DNA from: Auanema rhodensis
Lineage: Eukaryota > Animalia > Nematoda
NCBI GenBank assembly: GCA_964057225.1
Contig: CAXKVF010000073.1
Span: 186,001 to 250,000, forward strand
Direction of reading: 5' to 3'
Length of the DNA: 64,000 nt
The notes beneath the pieces are model-generated. The model did not search any database. It saw only the letters and a program-made list of their open reading frames with translations, and was not told where the DNA came from. This document shows, piece after piece, positions 10,601-25,300 of this stretch. The position numbers and the translations under genes were made by a program. The first letter of the stretch is position 1. Every line of letters begins with the position of its first letter.

Positions 10601-13600
10601 ATGGACATGGGGAATCTAATTTTGAAAACCGCATCTCTTTATCTTTCACGTGAAGCGAGTTACATACCAAGTGCACATCACGTGTAAATTTAATTAGCAT
10701 AAATTAAAGTTCACGTAAATTTCAAAGTCATGGTTATCATGAACCAATATCAATAAAAATTTGTTTTTAGACTAATATGGACATGGGGAATCTAATTTTG
10801 AAAACCGCATCTCTTTATCTTTCACGTGAAGCGAGTTACATACCAAGTGCACATCACGTGTACATTTAATTAGCATAAATTAAAGTTCACGTAAATTTCG
10901 AAGTCATGGTTACCATGCACCAATATCAATAAAAATTTGTTTTTAGACTAATATGGACATGGGGAATCTAATTTCGAAAACCGCATCTCTTTATCTTTCA
11001 CGTGAAGCGAGTTACATACCAAGTGCACATCACGTGTACATTTAATTAGCATAAATTAAAGTTCACGTAAATTTCAAAGTCATGGTTACCATGCACCAAT
11101 ATCAATAAAAATTTGTTTTTAGACTAATATGGACATGGGGAATCTAATTTTGAAAACCGCATCTCTTTATCTTTCACGTGAAGCGAGTTACATACCAAGT
11201 GCACATCACGTGTACATTTAATTAGCATAAATTAAAGTTCACGTAAATTTCAAAGTCATGGTTACCATGCACCAATATCAATAAAAATTTGTTTTTAGAC
11301 TAATATGGACATGGGGAATCTAATTTTGAAAACCGCATCTCTTTATCTTTCACGTGAAGCGAGTTACATACCGAGTGCACATCACGTGTAAATTTAATTA
11401 GCATAAATTAAAGTTCACGTAAATTTCAAAGTCATGGTTACCATGAACCAATATCAATAAAAGTTTGTTTTTAGACTAATATGGACATGGGGAATCAAAT
11501 TTTGAGAACCGCATCTCTTTATCTTTCACGTGAAGCGAGTTACATACCAAGTGCACATCACGTGTACATTTAATTAGCATAAATTAAAGTTCACTTAAAT
11601 TTCAAAGTCATGGTTATCATGAAACAATATCAATAAAAATTTGTTTTTAGACTAATATGGACATGGGGAATCTAATTTTGAAAACCGCATCTCTTTATCT
11701 TTCACGTGAAGCGAGTTACATACCAAGTGCACATCACGTGTACATTTAATTAGCATAAATTAAAGTTCACGTAAATTTCAAAGTCATGGTTACCATGCAC
11801 CAATATCAATAAAAATTTGTTTTTAGACTAATATGGACATGGGGAATCTAATTTTGAAAACCGCATCTCTTTATCTTTCACGTGAAGCGAGTTACATACC
11901 AAGTGCACATCACGTGTACATTTAATTAGCATGAATTAAAGTTCACGTAATTTTCAAAGTCATGGTTACCATGAACCAATATCAATAAAAATTTGTTTTT
12001 AGACTAATATGGACATGGGGAATCTAATTTTGAAAACCGCATCTCTTTATCTTTCACGTGAAGCGAGTTACATACCAAGTGCACATCACGTGTACATTTA
12101 ATTAGCATAAATTAAAGTTCACGTAAATTTCAAAGTCATGGTTACCATGAACCAATATCAATAAAAATTTGTTTTTAGACTAATATGGACATTGGGAATC
12201 TAATTTTGAAAACCGCATCTCTTTATCTTTCACGTGAAGCGAGTTACATACCAAGTGCACATCACGTGTAAATTTAATTAGCATAAATTAAAGTTCACGT
12301 AAATTTCAAAGTCATGGTTATCATGAACCAATATCAATAAAAATTTGTTTTTAGACTAATATGGACATGGGGAATCTAATTTTGAAAACCGCATCTCTTT
12401 ATCTTTCACGTGAAGCGAGTTACATACCAAGTGCACATCACGTGTACATTTAATTAGCATAAATTAAAGTTCACGTAAATTTCAAAGTCATGGTTACCAT
12501 GCACCAATATCAATAAAAATTTGTTTTTAGACTAATATGGACATGGGGAATCAAATTTTGAAAACCGCATCTCTTTATCTTTCACGTGAAGCGAGTTACA
12601 TACCAAGTGCACATCACGTGTACATTTAATTAGCATAAATTAAAGTTCACGTAAATTTCAAAGTCATGGTTACCATGCACCAATATCAATAAAAATTTGT
12701 TTTTAGACTAATATGGACATGGGGAATCTAATTTTGAAAACCGCATCTCTTTATCTTTCACGTGAAGCGAGTTACATACCAAGTGCACATCACGTGTAAA
12801 TTTAATTAGCATAAATTAAAGTTCACGTAAATTTCAAAGTCATGGTTATCATTAACCAATATCAATAAAAATTTGTTTTTAGACTAATATGGACATGGGG
12901 AATCTAATTTTGAAAACCGCATCTCTTTATCTTTCACGTGAAGCGAGTTACATACCAAGTGCACATCACGTGTACATTTAATTAGCATAAATTAAAGTTC
13001 ACGTAAATTTCAAAGTCATGGTTACCATGCACCAATATCAATAAAAATTTGTTTTTAGACTAATATGGACATGGGGAATCTAATTTTGAAAACCGCATCT
13101 CTTTATCTTTCACGTGAAGCGAGTTACATACCAAGTGCACATCACGTGTAAATTTAATTAGCATAAATTAAAGTTCACGTAAATTTCAAAGTCATGGTTA
13201 TCATGAACCAATATCAATAAAAATTTGTTTTTAGACTAATATGGACATGGAGAATCTAATTTCGAAAACCGCATCTCTTTATCTTTCACGTGAAGCGAGT
13301 TATATACCAAGTGCACATCACGTGTACATTTAATTATAATAAATTAAAGTTCACGTAAATTTCAAAGTCATGGTTACCATGCACCAATATCAATAAAAAT
13401 TTGTTTTTAGACTAATATGGACATGGGGAATCTAATTTTGAAAACCGCATCTCTTTATCTTTCACGTGAAGCGAGTTACATACCAAGTGCACATCACGTG
13501 TACATTTAATTAGCATAAATTAAAGTTCACGTAAATTTCAAAGTCATGGTTACCATGCACCAATATCAATAAAAATTTGTTTTTAGACTAATATGGACAT

Positions 13601-14700
13601 GGGGAATCTAATTTTGAAAACCGCATCTCTTTATCTTTCACGTGAAGCGAGTTACATACCGAGTGCACATCACGTGTAAATTTAATTAGCATAAATTAAA
13701 GTTCACGTAAATTTCAAAGTCATGGTTACCATGAACCAATATCAATAAAAGTTTGTTTTTAGACTAATATGGACATGGGGAATCAAATTTTGAGAACCGC
13801 ATCTCTTTATCTTTCACGTGAAGCGAGTTACATACCAAGTGCACATCACGTGTACATTTAATTAGCATAAATTAAAGTTCACGTAAATTTCAAAGTCATG
13901 GTTATCATGAAACAATATCAATAAAAATTTGTTTTTAGACTAATATGGACATGGGGAATCTAATTTTGAAAACCGCATCTCTTTATCTTTCACGTGAAGC
14001 GAGTTACATACCAAGTGCACATCACGTGTACATTTAATTAGCATAAATTAAAGTTCACGTAAATTTCAAAGTCATGGTTACCATGCACCAATATCAATAA
14101 AAATTTGTTTTTAGACTAATATGGACATGGGGAATCTAATTTTGAAAACCGCATCTCTTTATCTTTCACGTGAAGCGAGTTACATACCAAGTGCACATCA
14201 CGTGTACATTTAATTAGCATGAATTAAAGTTCACGTAATTTTCAAAGTCATGGTTACCATGAACCAATATCAATAAAAATTTGTTTTTAGACTAATATGG
14301 ACATGGGGAATCTAATTTTGAAAACCGCATCTCTTTATCTTTCACGTGAAGCGAGTTACATACCAAGTGCACATCACGTGTACATTTAATTAGCATAAAT
14401 TAAAGTTCACGTAAATTTCAAAGTCATGGTTACCATGAACCAATATCAATAAAAATTTGTTTTTAGACTAATATGGACATGGGGAATCTAATTTTGAAAA
14501 CCGCATCTCTTTATCTTTCACGTGAAACGAGTTACATACCAAGTGCACATCACGTGTACATTTAATTAGCATAAATTAAAGTTCACGTAAATTTCAAAGT
14601 CATGGTTATCATGAAACAATATCAATAAAAATTTGTTTTTAGACTAATATGGACATGGGGAATCTAATTTTGAAAACCGCATCTCTTTATCTTTCACGTG
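7669..14700 (+). repeat. 14-monomer (2464 bp) higher-order repeat, ~3 copies (boundaries approximate)
   Basis: Variant TCATTAACC at 7921, 10385, 12849 (spacing 2464). Variant CCGAGTGC at 8909, 11373, 13661 (spacing 2464, then 2288 = one monomer lost). Confidence 0.88.
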
Positions 14701-16329
14701 AAGCGAGTTACATACCAAGTGCACATCACGTGTACATTTAATTAGCATAAATTAAAGTTCACGTAAATTTCAAAGTCATGGTTACCATGAACCAATATCA
14801 ATAAAAATTTGTTTTTAGACTAATATGGACATGGGGAATCTAATTTTGAAAACCGCATCTCTTTATCTTTCACGTGAAACGAGTTACATACCAAGTGCAC
14901 ATCACGTGTACATTTAATTAGCATAAATTAAAGTTCACGTAAATTTCAAAGTCATGGTTATCATGAAACAATATCAATAAAAATTTGTTTTTAGACTAAT
15001 ATGGACATGGGGAATCTAATTTTGAAAACCGCATCTCTTTATCTTTCACGTGAAGCGAGTTACATACCAAGTGCACATCACGTGTACATTTAATTAGCAT
15101 AAATTAAAGTTCACGTAAATTTCAAAGTCATGGTTACCATGCACCAATATCAATAAAAATTTGTTTTTAGACTAATATGGACATGGGGAATCTAATTTTG
15201 AAAACCGCATCTCTTTATCTTTCACGTGAAGCGAGTTACATACCAAGTGCACATCACGTGTACATTTAATTAGCATGAATTAAAGTTCACGTAAATTTCA
15301 AAGTCATGGTTACCATGAACCAATATCAATAAAAATTTGTTTTTAGACTAATATGGACATGGGTAATCTAATTTTGAAAACCGCATCTCTTTATCTTTCA
15401 CGTGAAGCGAGTTACATACCAAGTGCACATCACGTGTACATTTAATTAGCATGAATTAAAGTTCACGTAAATTTCAAAGTCATGGTTACCATGAACCAAT
15501 ATCAATAAAAATTTGTTTTTAGACTAATATGGACATGGGGAATCTAATTTTGAAAACCGCATCTCTTTATCTTTCACGTGAAGCGAGTTACATACCAAGT
15601 GCACATCACGTGTACATTTAATTAGCATAAATTAAAGTTCACGTAAATTTCAAAGTCATGGTTACCATGCACCAATATCAATAAAAATTTGTTTTTAGAC
15701 TAATATGGACATGGGGAATCTAATTTTGAAAACCGCATCTCTTTATCTTTCACGTGAAGCGAGTTACATACCAAGTGCACATCACGTGTTAATTTAATTA
15801 GCATAAATTAAAGTTCACGTAAATTTCAAAGTCATGGTTACCATGAACCAATATCAATAAAAGTTTGTTTTTAGACTAATATGGACATGGGGAATCAAAT
15901 TGTGAAAACCGCATCTCTTTATCTTTCACGTGAAGCGAGTTACATACCAAGTGCACATCACGTGTACATTTAATTAGCATAAATTAAAGTTCACGTAAAT
16001 TTCAAAGTCATGGTTACCATGCACCAATATCAATAAAAATTTGTTTTTAGACTAATATGGACATGGGGAATCAAATTGTGAAAACCGCATCTCTTTATCT
16101 TTCACGTGAAGCGAGTTACATACCAAGTGCACATCACGTGTACATTTAATTAGCATAAATTAAAGTTCACGTAAATTTCAAAGTCATGGTTACCATGAAC
16201 CAATATCAATAAAAATTTGTTTTTAGACTAATATGAACATGGGGAATCTAATTTTGAAAACCGCATCTCTTTATCTTTCACGTGAAGCGAGTTACATACC
16301 AAGAGCACATCACGTGTACATTTAATAAG

Positions 16330-19300
16330 CATAAATTAAAGTTCACGTAAATTTCAAAGTCATGGTTACCATGCACCAATATCAATAAAAATTTGTTTTT
16401 AGACTAATATGGACATGGGGAATCTAATTTTGAAAACCGCATCTCTTTATCTTTCACGTGCAGCGAGTTACATACCAAGTGCACATCACGTGTACATTTA
16501 ATTAGCATAAATTAAAGTTCACGTAAATTTCAAAGTCATGGTTACCATGAACCAATATCAATAAAAATTTGTTTTTAGACTAATATGGACATGGGGAATC
16601 AAATTTTGAAAACCGCATCTCTTTATCTTTCACGTGAAGCGAGTTACATACCAAGTGCACATCACGTGTACATTTAATAAGCATAAATTAAAGTTCACGT
16701 AAATTTCAAAGTCATGGTTACCATGCACCAATATCAATAAAAATTTGTTTTTAGACTAATATGGACATGGGGAATCTAATTTTGAAAACTGCATCTCTTT
16801 ATCTTTCACGTGAAGCGAGTTACATACCAAGTGCACATCACGTGTACATTTAATTAGCATAAATTAAAGTTCACGTAAATTTCAAAGTCATGGTTACCAT
16901 GCACCAATATCAATAAAAATTTGTTTTTAGACTAATATGGACATGGGGAATCTAATTTTGAAAACCGCATCTCTTTATCTTCCACGTGAAGCGAGTTACA
17001 TACCAAGTGCACATCACGTGTACATTTAATTAGCATAAATTAAAGTTCACGTAAATTTCAAAGTCATGGTTACCATGCACCAATATCAATAAAAATTTGT
17101 TTTTAGACTAATATGGACATGGGGAATCTAATTTTGAAAACCGCATCTCTTTATCTTTCACGTGAAGCGAGTTACATACCAAGTGCACATCACGTGTACA
17201 TTTAATTAGCATAAATTAAAGTTCACGTAAATTTCAAAGTCATGGTTACCATGAACCAATATCAATGAAAATTTGTTTTTAGACTAATATGGACATGGGG
17301 AATCTGATTTTGGAAACCGCATCTCTTTATCTTTCACGTGAAGCGAGTTACATACCAAGTGCACATCACGTGTACATTTAATTAGCATAAATTAAAGTTC
17401 ACGTAAATTTCAAAGTCATGGTTACCATGCACCAATATCAATAAAAATTTGTTTTTAGACTAATATGGACATGGGGAATCTAATTTTGAAAACCGCATCT
17501 CTTTATCTTTCACGTGAAGCGAGTTACATACCAAGTGCACATCACGTGTACATTTAATTAGCATAAATTAAAGTTCACGTAAATTTCAAAGTCATGGTTA
17601 CCATGAACCAATATCAATGAAAATTTGTTTTTAGACTAATATGGACATGGGGAATCTGATTTTGAAAACCGCATCTCTTTATCTTTCACGTGAAGCGAGT
17701 TACATACCAAGTGCACATCACGTGTACATTTAATTAGCATAAATTAAAGTTCACGTAAATTTCAAAGTCATGGTTACCATGCACCAATATCAATAAAAAT
17801 TTGTTTTTAGACTAATATGGACATGGGGAATCTAATTTTGAAAACCGCATCTTTTTATCTTTCACGTGAAGCGAGTTACATACCAAGTGCACATCACGTG
17901 TACATTTAATTAGCACAAATTAAAGTTCACGTAAATTTCAAAGTCATGGTTACCATGAACCAATATCAATGAAAATTTGTTTTTAGACTAATATGGACAT
18001 GGGGAATCTAATTTTGAAAACCGCATCTCTTTATCTTTCACGTGAAGCGAGTTACATACCAAGTGCACATCACGTGTACATTTAATTAGCATAAATTAAA
18101 GTTCACGTAAATTTCAAAGTCATGGTTACCATGAACCAATATCAATGAAAATTTGTTTTTAGACTAATATGGACATGGGGAATCTGATTTTGAAAACCGC
18201 ATCTCTTTATCTTTCACGTGAAGCGAGTTACATACCAAGTGCACATCACGTGTACATTTAATTAGCATAAATTAAAGTTCACGTAAATTTCAAAGTCATG
18301 GTTACCATGCACCAATATCAATAAAAATTTGTTTTTAGACTAATATGGACATGGGGAATCTAATTTCGAAAACCGCATCTCTTTATCTTTCACGTGAAGC
18401 GAGTTACATACCAAGTGCACATCACGTGTACATTTAATTAGCATAAATTAAAGTTCACGTAAATTTCAAAGTCATGGTTACCATGCACCAATATCAATAA
18501 AAATTTGTTTTTAGACTAATATGGACATGGGGAATCTAATTTTGAAAACCGCATCTCTTTATCTTTCACGTGAAGCGAGTTACATACCAAGTGCACATCA
18601 CGTGTACATTTAATTAGCATAAATTAAAGTTCACGTAAATTTCAAAGTCATGGTTACCATGAACCAATATCAATGAAAATTTGTTTTTAGACTAATATGG
18701 ACATGGGGAATCTGATTTTGAAAACCGCATCTCTTTATCTTTCACGTGAAGCGAGTTACATACCAAGTGCACATCACGTGTACATTTAATTAGCATAAAT
18801 TAAAGTTCACGTAAATTTCAAAGTCATGGTTACCATGCACCAATATCAATAAAAATTTGTTTTTAGACTAATATGGACATGGGGAATCTAATTTTGAAAA
18901 CCGCATCTTTTTATCTTTCACGTGAAGCGAGTTACATACCAAGTGCACATCACGTGTACATTTAATTAGCATAAATTAAAGTTCACGTAAATTTCAAAGT
19001 CATGGTTACCATGAACCAATATCAATAAAAATTTGTTTTTAGACTAATATGGACATGGGGAATCTAATTTTGAAAACCGCATCTCTTTATCTTTCACGTG
19101 AAGCGAGTTACATACCAAGTGCACATCACGTGTACATTTAATTAGCATAAATTAAAGTTCACGTAAATTTCAAAGTCATGGTTACCATGCACCAATATCA
19201 ATAAAAATTTGTTTTTAGACTAATATGGACATGGGGAATCTAATTTTGAAAACCGCATCTCTATATCTTTCACGTGAAGCGAGTTACATACCAAGTGCAC

Positions 19301-22300
19301 ATCACGTGTAAATTTAATTAGCATAAATTAAAGTTCACGTAAATTTCAAAGTCATGGTTATCATGAACCAATATCAATAAAAATTTGTTTTTAGACTAAT
19401 ATGGACATGGGGAATCTAATTTTGAAAACCGCATCTCTTTATCTTTCACGTGAAGCGAGTTACATACCAAGTGCACATCACGTGTACATTTAATTAGCAT
19501 AAATTAAAGTTCACGTAAATTTCAAAGTCATGGTTACCATGCACCAATATCAATAAAAATTTGTTTTTAGACTAATATGGACATGGGGAATCAAATTTTG
19601 AAAACCGCATCTCTTTATCTTTCACGTGAAGCGAGTTACATACCAAGTGCACATCACGTGTACATTTAATTAGCATAAATTAAAGTTCACGTAAATTTCA
19701 AAGTCATGGTTACCATGCACCAATATCAATAAAAATTTGTTTTTAGACTAATATGGACATGGGGAATCTAATTTTGAAAACCGCATCTCTTTATCTTTCA
19801 CGTGAAGCGAGTTACATACCAAGTGCACATCACGTGTAAATTTAATTAGCATAAATTAAAGTTCACGTAAATTTCAAAGTCATGGTTATCATTAACCAAT
19901 ATCAATAAAAATTTGTTTTTAGACTAATATGGACATGGGGAATCTAATTTTGAAAACCGCATCTCTTTATCTTTCACGTGAAGCGAGTTACATACCAAGT
20001 GCACATCACGTGTACATTTAATTAGCATAAATTAAAGTTCACGTAAATTTCAAAGTCATGGTTACCATGCACCAATATCAATAAAAATTTGTTTTTAGAC
20101 TAATATGGACATGGGGAATCTAATTTTGAAAACCGCATCTCTTTATCTTTCACGTGAAGCGAGTTACATACCAAGTGCACATAACGTGTAAATTTAATTA
20201 GCATAAATTAAAGTTCACGTAAATTTCAAAGTCATGGTTATCATGAACCAATATCAATAAAAATTTGTTTTTAGACTAATATGGACATGGGGAATCTAAT
20301 TTTGAAAACCGCATCTCTTTATCTTTCACGTGAAGCGAGTTACATACCAAGTGCACATCACGTGTACATTTAATTAGCATAAATTAAAGTTCACGTAAAT
20401 TTCAAAGTCATGGTTACCATGCACCAATATCAATAAAAATTTGTTTTTAGACTAATATGGACATGGGGAATCTAATTTCGAAAACCGCATCTCTTTATCT
20501 TTCACTTGAAGCGAGTTACATACCAAGTGCACATCACGTGTACATTTAATTAGCATAAATTAAAGTTCACGTAAATTTCAAAGTCATGGTTACCATGCAC
20601 CAATATCAATAAAAATTTGTTTTTAGACTAATATGGACATGGGGAATCAAATTTTGAGAACCGCATCTCTTTATCTTTCACGTGAAGCGAGTTACATACC
20701 AGGTGCACATCAAGTGTACATTTAATTAGCATAAATTAAAGTTCACGTAAATTTCAAAGTCATGGTTACCATGCACCAATATCAATAAAAATTTGTTTTT
20801 AGACTAATATGGACATGGGGAATCAAATTTTGAGAACCGCATCTCTTTATCTTTCACGTGAAGCGAGTTACATACCAGGTGCACATCAAGTGTACATTTA
20901 ATTAGCATAAATTAAAGTTCACGTAAATTTCAAAGTCATGGTTACCATGCACCAATATCAATAAAAATTTGTTTTTAGACTAATATGGACATGGGGAATC
21001 TAATTTTGAAAACCGCATCTCTTTATCTTTCACGTGCAGCGAGTTACATACCAAGTGCACATCACGTGTACATTTAATTAGCATAAATTAAAGTTCACGT
21101 AAATTTCAAAGTCATGGTTACCATGAACCAATATCAATAAAAATTTGTTTTTAGACTAATATGGACATGGGGAATCAAATTTTGAAAACCGCATCTCTTT
21201 ATCTTTCACGTGAAGCGAGTTACATACCAAGTGCACATCACGTGTACATTTAATAAGCATAAATTAAAGTTCACGTAAATTTCAAAGTCATGGTTACCAT
21301 GCACCAATATCAATAAAAATTTGTTTTTAGACTAATATGGACATGGGGAATCTAATTTTGAAAACTGCATCTCTTTATCTTTCACGTGAAGCGAGTTACA
21401 TACCAAGTGCACATCACGTGTACATTTAATTAGCATAAATTAAAGTTCACGTAAATTTCAAAGTCATGGTTACCATGCACCAATATCAATAAAAATTTGT
21501 TTTTAGACTAATATGGACATGGGGAATCTAATTTTGAAAACCGCATCTCTTTATCTTCCACGTGAAGCGAGTTACATACCAAGTGCACATCACGTGTACA
21601 TTTAATTAGCATAAATTAAAGTTCACGTAAATTTCAAAGTCATGGTTACCATGCACCAATATCAATAAAAATTTGTTTTTAGACTAATATGGACATGGGG
21701 AATCTAATTTTGAAAACCGCATCTCTTTATCTTTCACGTGAAGCGAGTTACATACCAAGTGCACATCACGTGTACATTTAATTAGCATAAATTAAAGTTC
21801 ACGTAAATTTCAAAGTCATGGTTACCATGAACCAATATCAATGAAAATTTGTTTTTAGACTAATATGGACATGGGGAATCTGATTTTGGAAACCGCATCT
21901 CTTTATCTTTCACGTGAAGCGAGTTACATACCAAGTGCACATCACGTGTACATTTAATTAGCATAAATTAAAGTTCACGTAAATTTCAAAGTCATGGTTA
22001 CCATGCAAAAATATCAATAAAAATTTGTTTTTAGACTAATATGGACATGGGGAATCTAATTTTGAAAACCGCATCTCTTTATCTTTCACGTGAAGCGAGT
22101 TACATACCAAGTGCACATCACGTGTACATTTAATTAGCATAAATTAAAGTTCACGTAAATTTCAAAGTCATGGTTACCATGAACCAATATCAATGAAAAT
22201 TTGTTTTTAGACTAATATGGACATGGGGAATCTGATTTTGAAAACCGCATCTCTTTATCTTTCACGTGAAGCGAGTTACATACCAAGTGCACATCACGTG

Positions 22301-25300
22301 TACATTTAATTAGCATAAATTAAAGTTCACGTAAATTTCAAAGTCATGGTTACCATGCACCAATATCAATAAAAATTTGTTTTTAGACTAATATGGACAT
22401 GGGGAATCTAATTTTGAAAACCGCATCTTTTTATCTTTCACGTGAAGCGAGTTACATACCAAGTGCACATCACGTGTACATTTAATTAGCACAAATTAAA
22501 GTTCACGTAAATTTCAAAGTCATGGTTACCATGAACCAATATCAATGAAAATTTGTTTTTAGACTAATATGGACATGGGGAATCTAATTTTGAAAACCGC
22601 ATCTCTTTATCTTTCACGTGAAGCGAGTTACATACCAAGTGCACATCACGTGTACATTTAATTAGCATAAATTAAAGTTCACGTAAATTTCAAAGTCATG
22701 GTTACCATGAACCAATATCAATGAAAATTTGTTTTTAGACTAATATGGACATGGGGAATCTGATTTTGAAAACCGCATCTCTTTATCTTTCACGTGAAGC
22801 GAGTTACATACCAAGTGCACATCACGTGTACATTTAATTAGCATAAATTAAAGTTCACGTAAATTTCAAAGTCATGGTTACCATGCACCAATATCAATAA
22901 AAATTTGTTTTTAGACTAATATGGACATGGGGAATCTAATTTCGAAAACCGCATCTCTTTATCTTTCACGTGAAGCGAGTTACATACCAAGTGCACATCA
23001 CGTGTACATTTAATTAGCATAAATTAAAGTTCACGTAAATTTCAAAGTCATGGTTACCATGCACCAATATCAATAAAAATTTGTTTTTAGACTAATATGG
23101 ACATGGGGAATCTAATTTTGAAAACCGCATCTCTTTATCTTTCACGTGAAGCGAGTTACATACCAAGTGCACATCACGTGTACATTTAATTAGCATAAAT
23201 TAAAGTTCACGTAAATTTCAAAGTCATGGTTACCATGAACCAATATCAATGAAAATTTGTTTTTAGACTAATATGGACATGGGGAATCTGATTTTGAAAA
23301 CCGCATCTCTTTATCTTTCACGTGAAGCGAGTTACATACCAAGTGCACATCACGTGTACATTTAATTAGCATAAATTAAAGTTCACGTAAATTTCAAAGT
23401 CATGGTTACCATGCACCAATATCAATAAAAATTTGTTTTTAGACTAATATGGACATGGGGAATCTAATTTTGAAAACCGCATCTTTTTATCTTTCACGTG
23501 AAGCGAGTTACATACCAAGTGCACATCACGTGTACATTTAATTAGCATAAATTAAAGTTCACGTAAATTTCAAAGTCATGGTTACCATGAACCAATATCA
23601 ATAAAAATTTGTTTTTAGACTAATATGGACATGGGGAATCTAATTTTGAAAACCGCATCTCTTTATCTTTCACGTGAAGCGAGTTACATACCAAGTGCAC
23701 ATCACGTGTACATTTAATTAGCATAAATTAAAGTTCACGTAAATTTCAAAGTCATGGTTACCATGCACCAATATCAATAAAAATTTGTTTTTAGACTAAT
23801 ATGGACATGGGGAATCTAATTTTGAAAACCGCATCTCTATATCTTTCACGTGAAGCGAGTTACATACCAAGTGCACATCACGTGTAAATTTAATTAGCAT
23901 AAATTAAAGTTCACGTAAATTTCAAAGTCATGGTTATCATGAACCAATATCAATAAAAATTTGTTTTTAGACTAATATGGACATGGGGAATCTAATTTTG
24001 AAAACCGCATCTCTTTATCTTTCACGTGAAGCGAGTTACATACCAAGTGCACATCACGTGTACATTTAATTAGCATAAATTAAAGTTCACGTAAATTTCA
24101 AAGTCATGGTTACCATGCACCAATATCAATAAAAATTTGTTTTTAGACTAATATGGACATGGGGAATCAAATTTTGAAAACCGCATCTCTTTATCTTTCA
24201 CGTGAAGCGAGTTACATACCAAGTGCACATCACGTGTACATTTAATTAGCATAAATTAAAGTTCACGTAAATTTCAAAGTCATGGTTACCATGCACCAAT
24301 ATCAATAAAAATTTGTTTTTAGACTAATATGGACATGGGGAATCTAATTTTGAAAACCGCATCTCTTTATCTTTCACGTGAAGCGAGTTACATACCAAGT
24401 GCACATCACGTGTAAATTTAATTAGCATAAATTAAAGTTCACGTAAATTTCAAAGTCATGGTTATCATTAACCAATATCAATAAAAATTTGTTTTTAGAC
24501 TAATATGGACATGGGGAATCTAATTTTGAAAACCGCATCTCTTTATCTTTCACGTGAAGCGAGTTACATACCAAGTGCACATCACGTGTACATTTAATTA
24601 GCATAAATTAAAGTTCACGTAAATTTCAAAGTCATGGTTACCATGCACCAATATCAATAAAAATTTGTTTTTAGACTAATATGGACATGGGGAATCTAAT
24701 TTTGAAAACCGCATCTCTTTATCTTTCACGTGAAGCGAGTTACATACCAAGTGCACATAACGTGTAAATTTAATTAGCATAAATTAAAGTTCACGTAAAT
24801 TTCAAAGTCATGGTTATCATGAACCAATATCAATAAAAATTTGTTTTTAGACTAATATGGACATGGGGAATCTAATTTTGAAAACCGCATCTCTTTATCT
24901 TTCACGTGAAGCGAGTTACATACCAAGTGCACATCACGTGTACATTTAATTAGCATAAATTAAAGTTCACGTAAATTTCAAAGTCATGGTTACCATGCAC
25001 CAATATCAATAAAAATTTGTTTTTAGACTAATATGGACATGGGGAATCTAATTTCGAAAACCGCATCTCTTTATCTTTCACTTGAAGCGAGTTACATACC
25101 AAGTGCACATCACGTGTACATTTAATTAGCATAAATTAAAGTTCACGTAAATTTCAAAGTCATGGTTACCATGCACCAATATCAATAAAAATTTGTTTTT
25201 AGACTAATATGGACATGGGGAATCAAATTTTGAGAACCGCATCTCTTTATCTTTCACGTGAAGCGAGTTACATACCAGGTGCACATCAAGTGTACATTTA

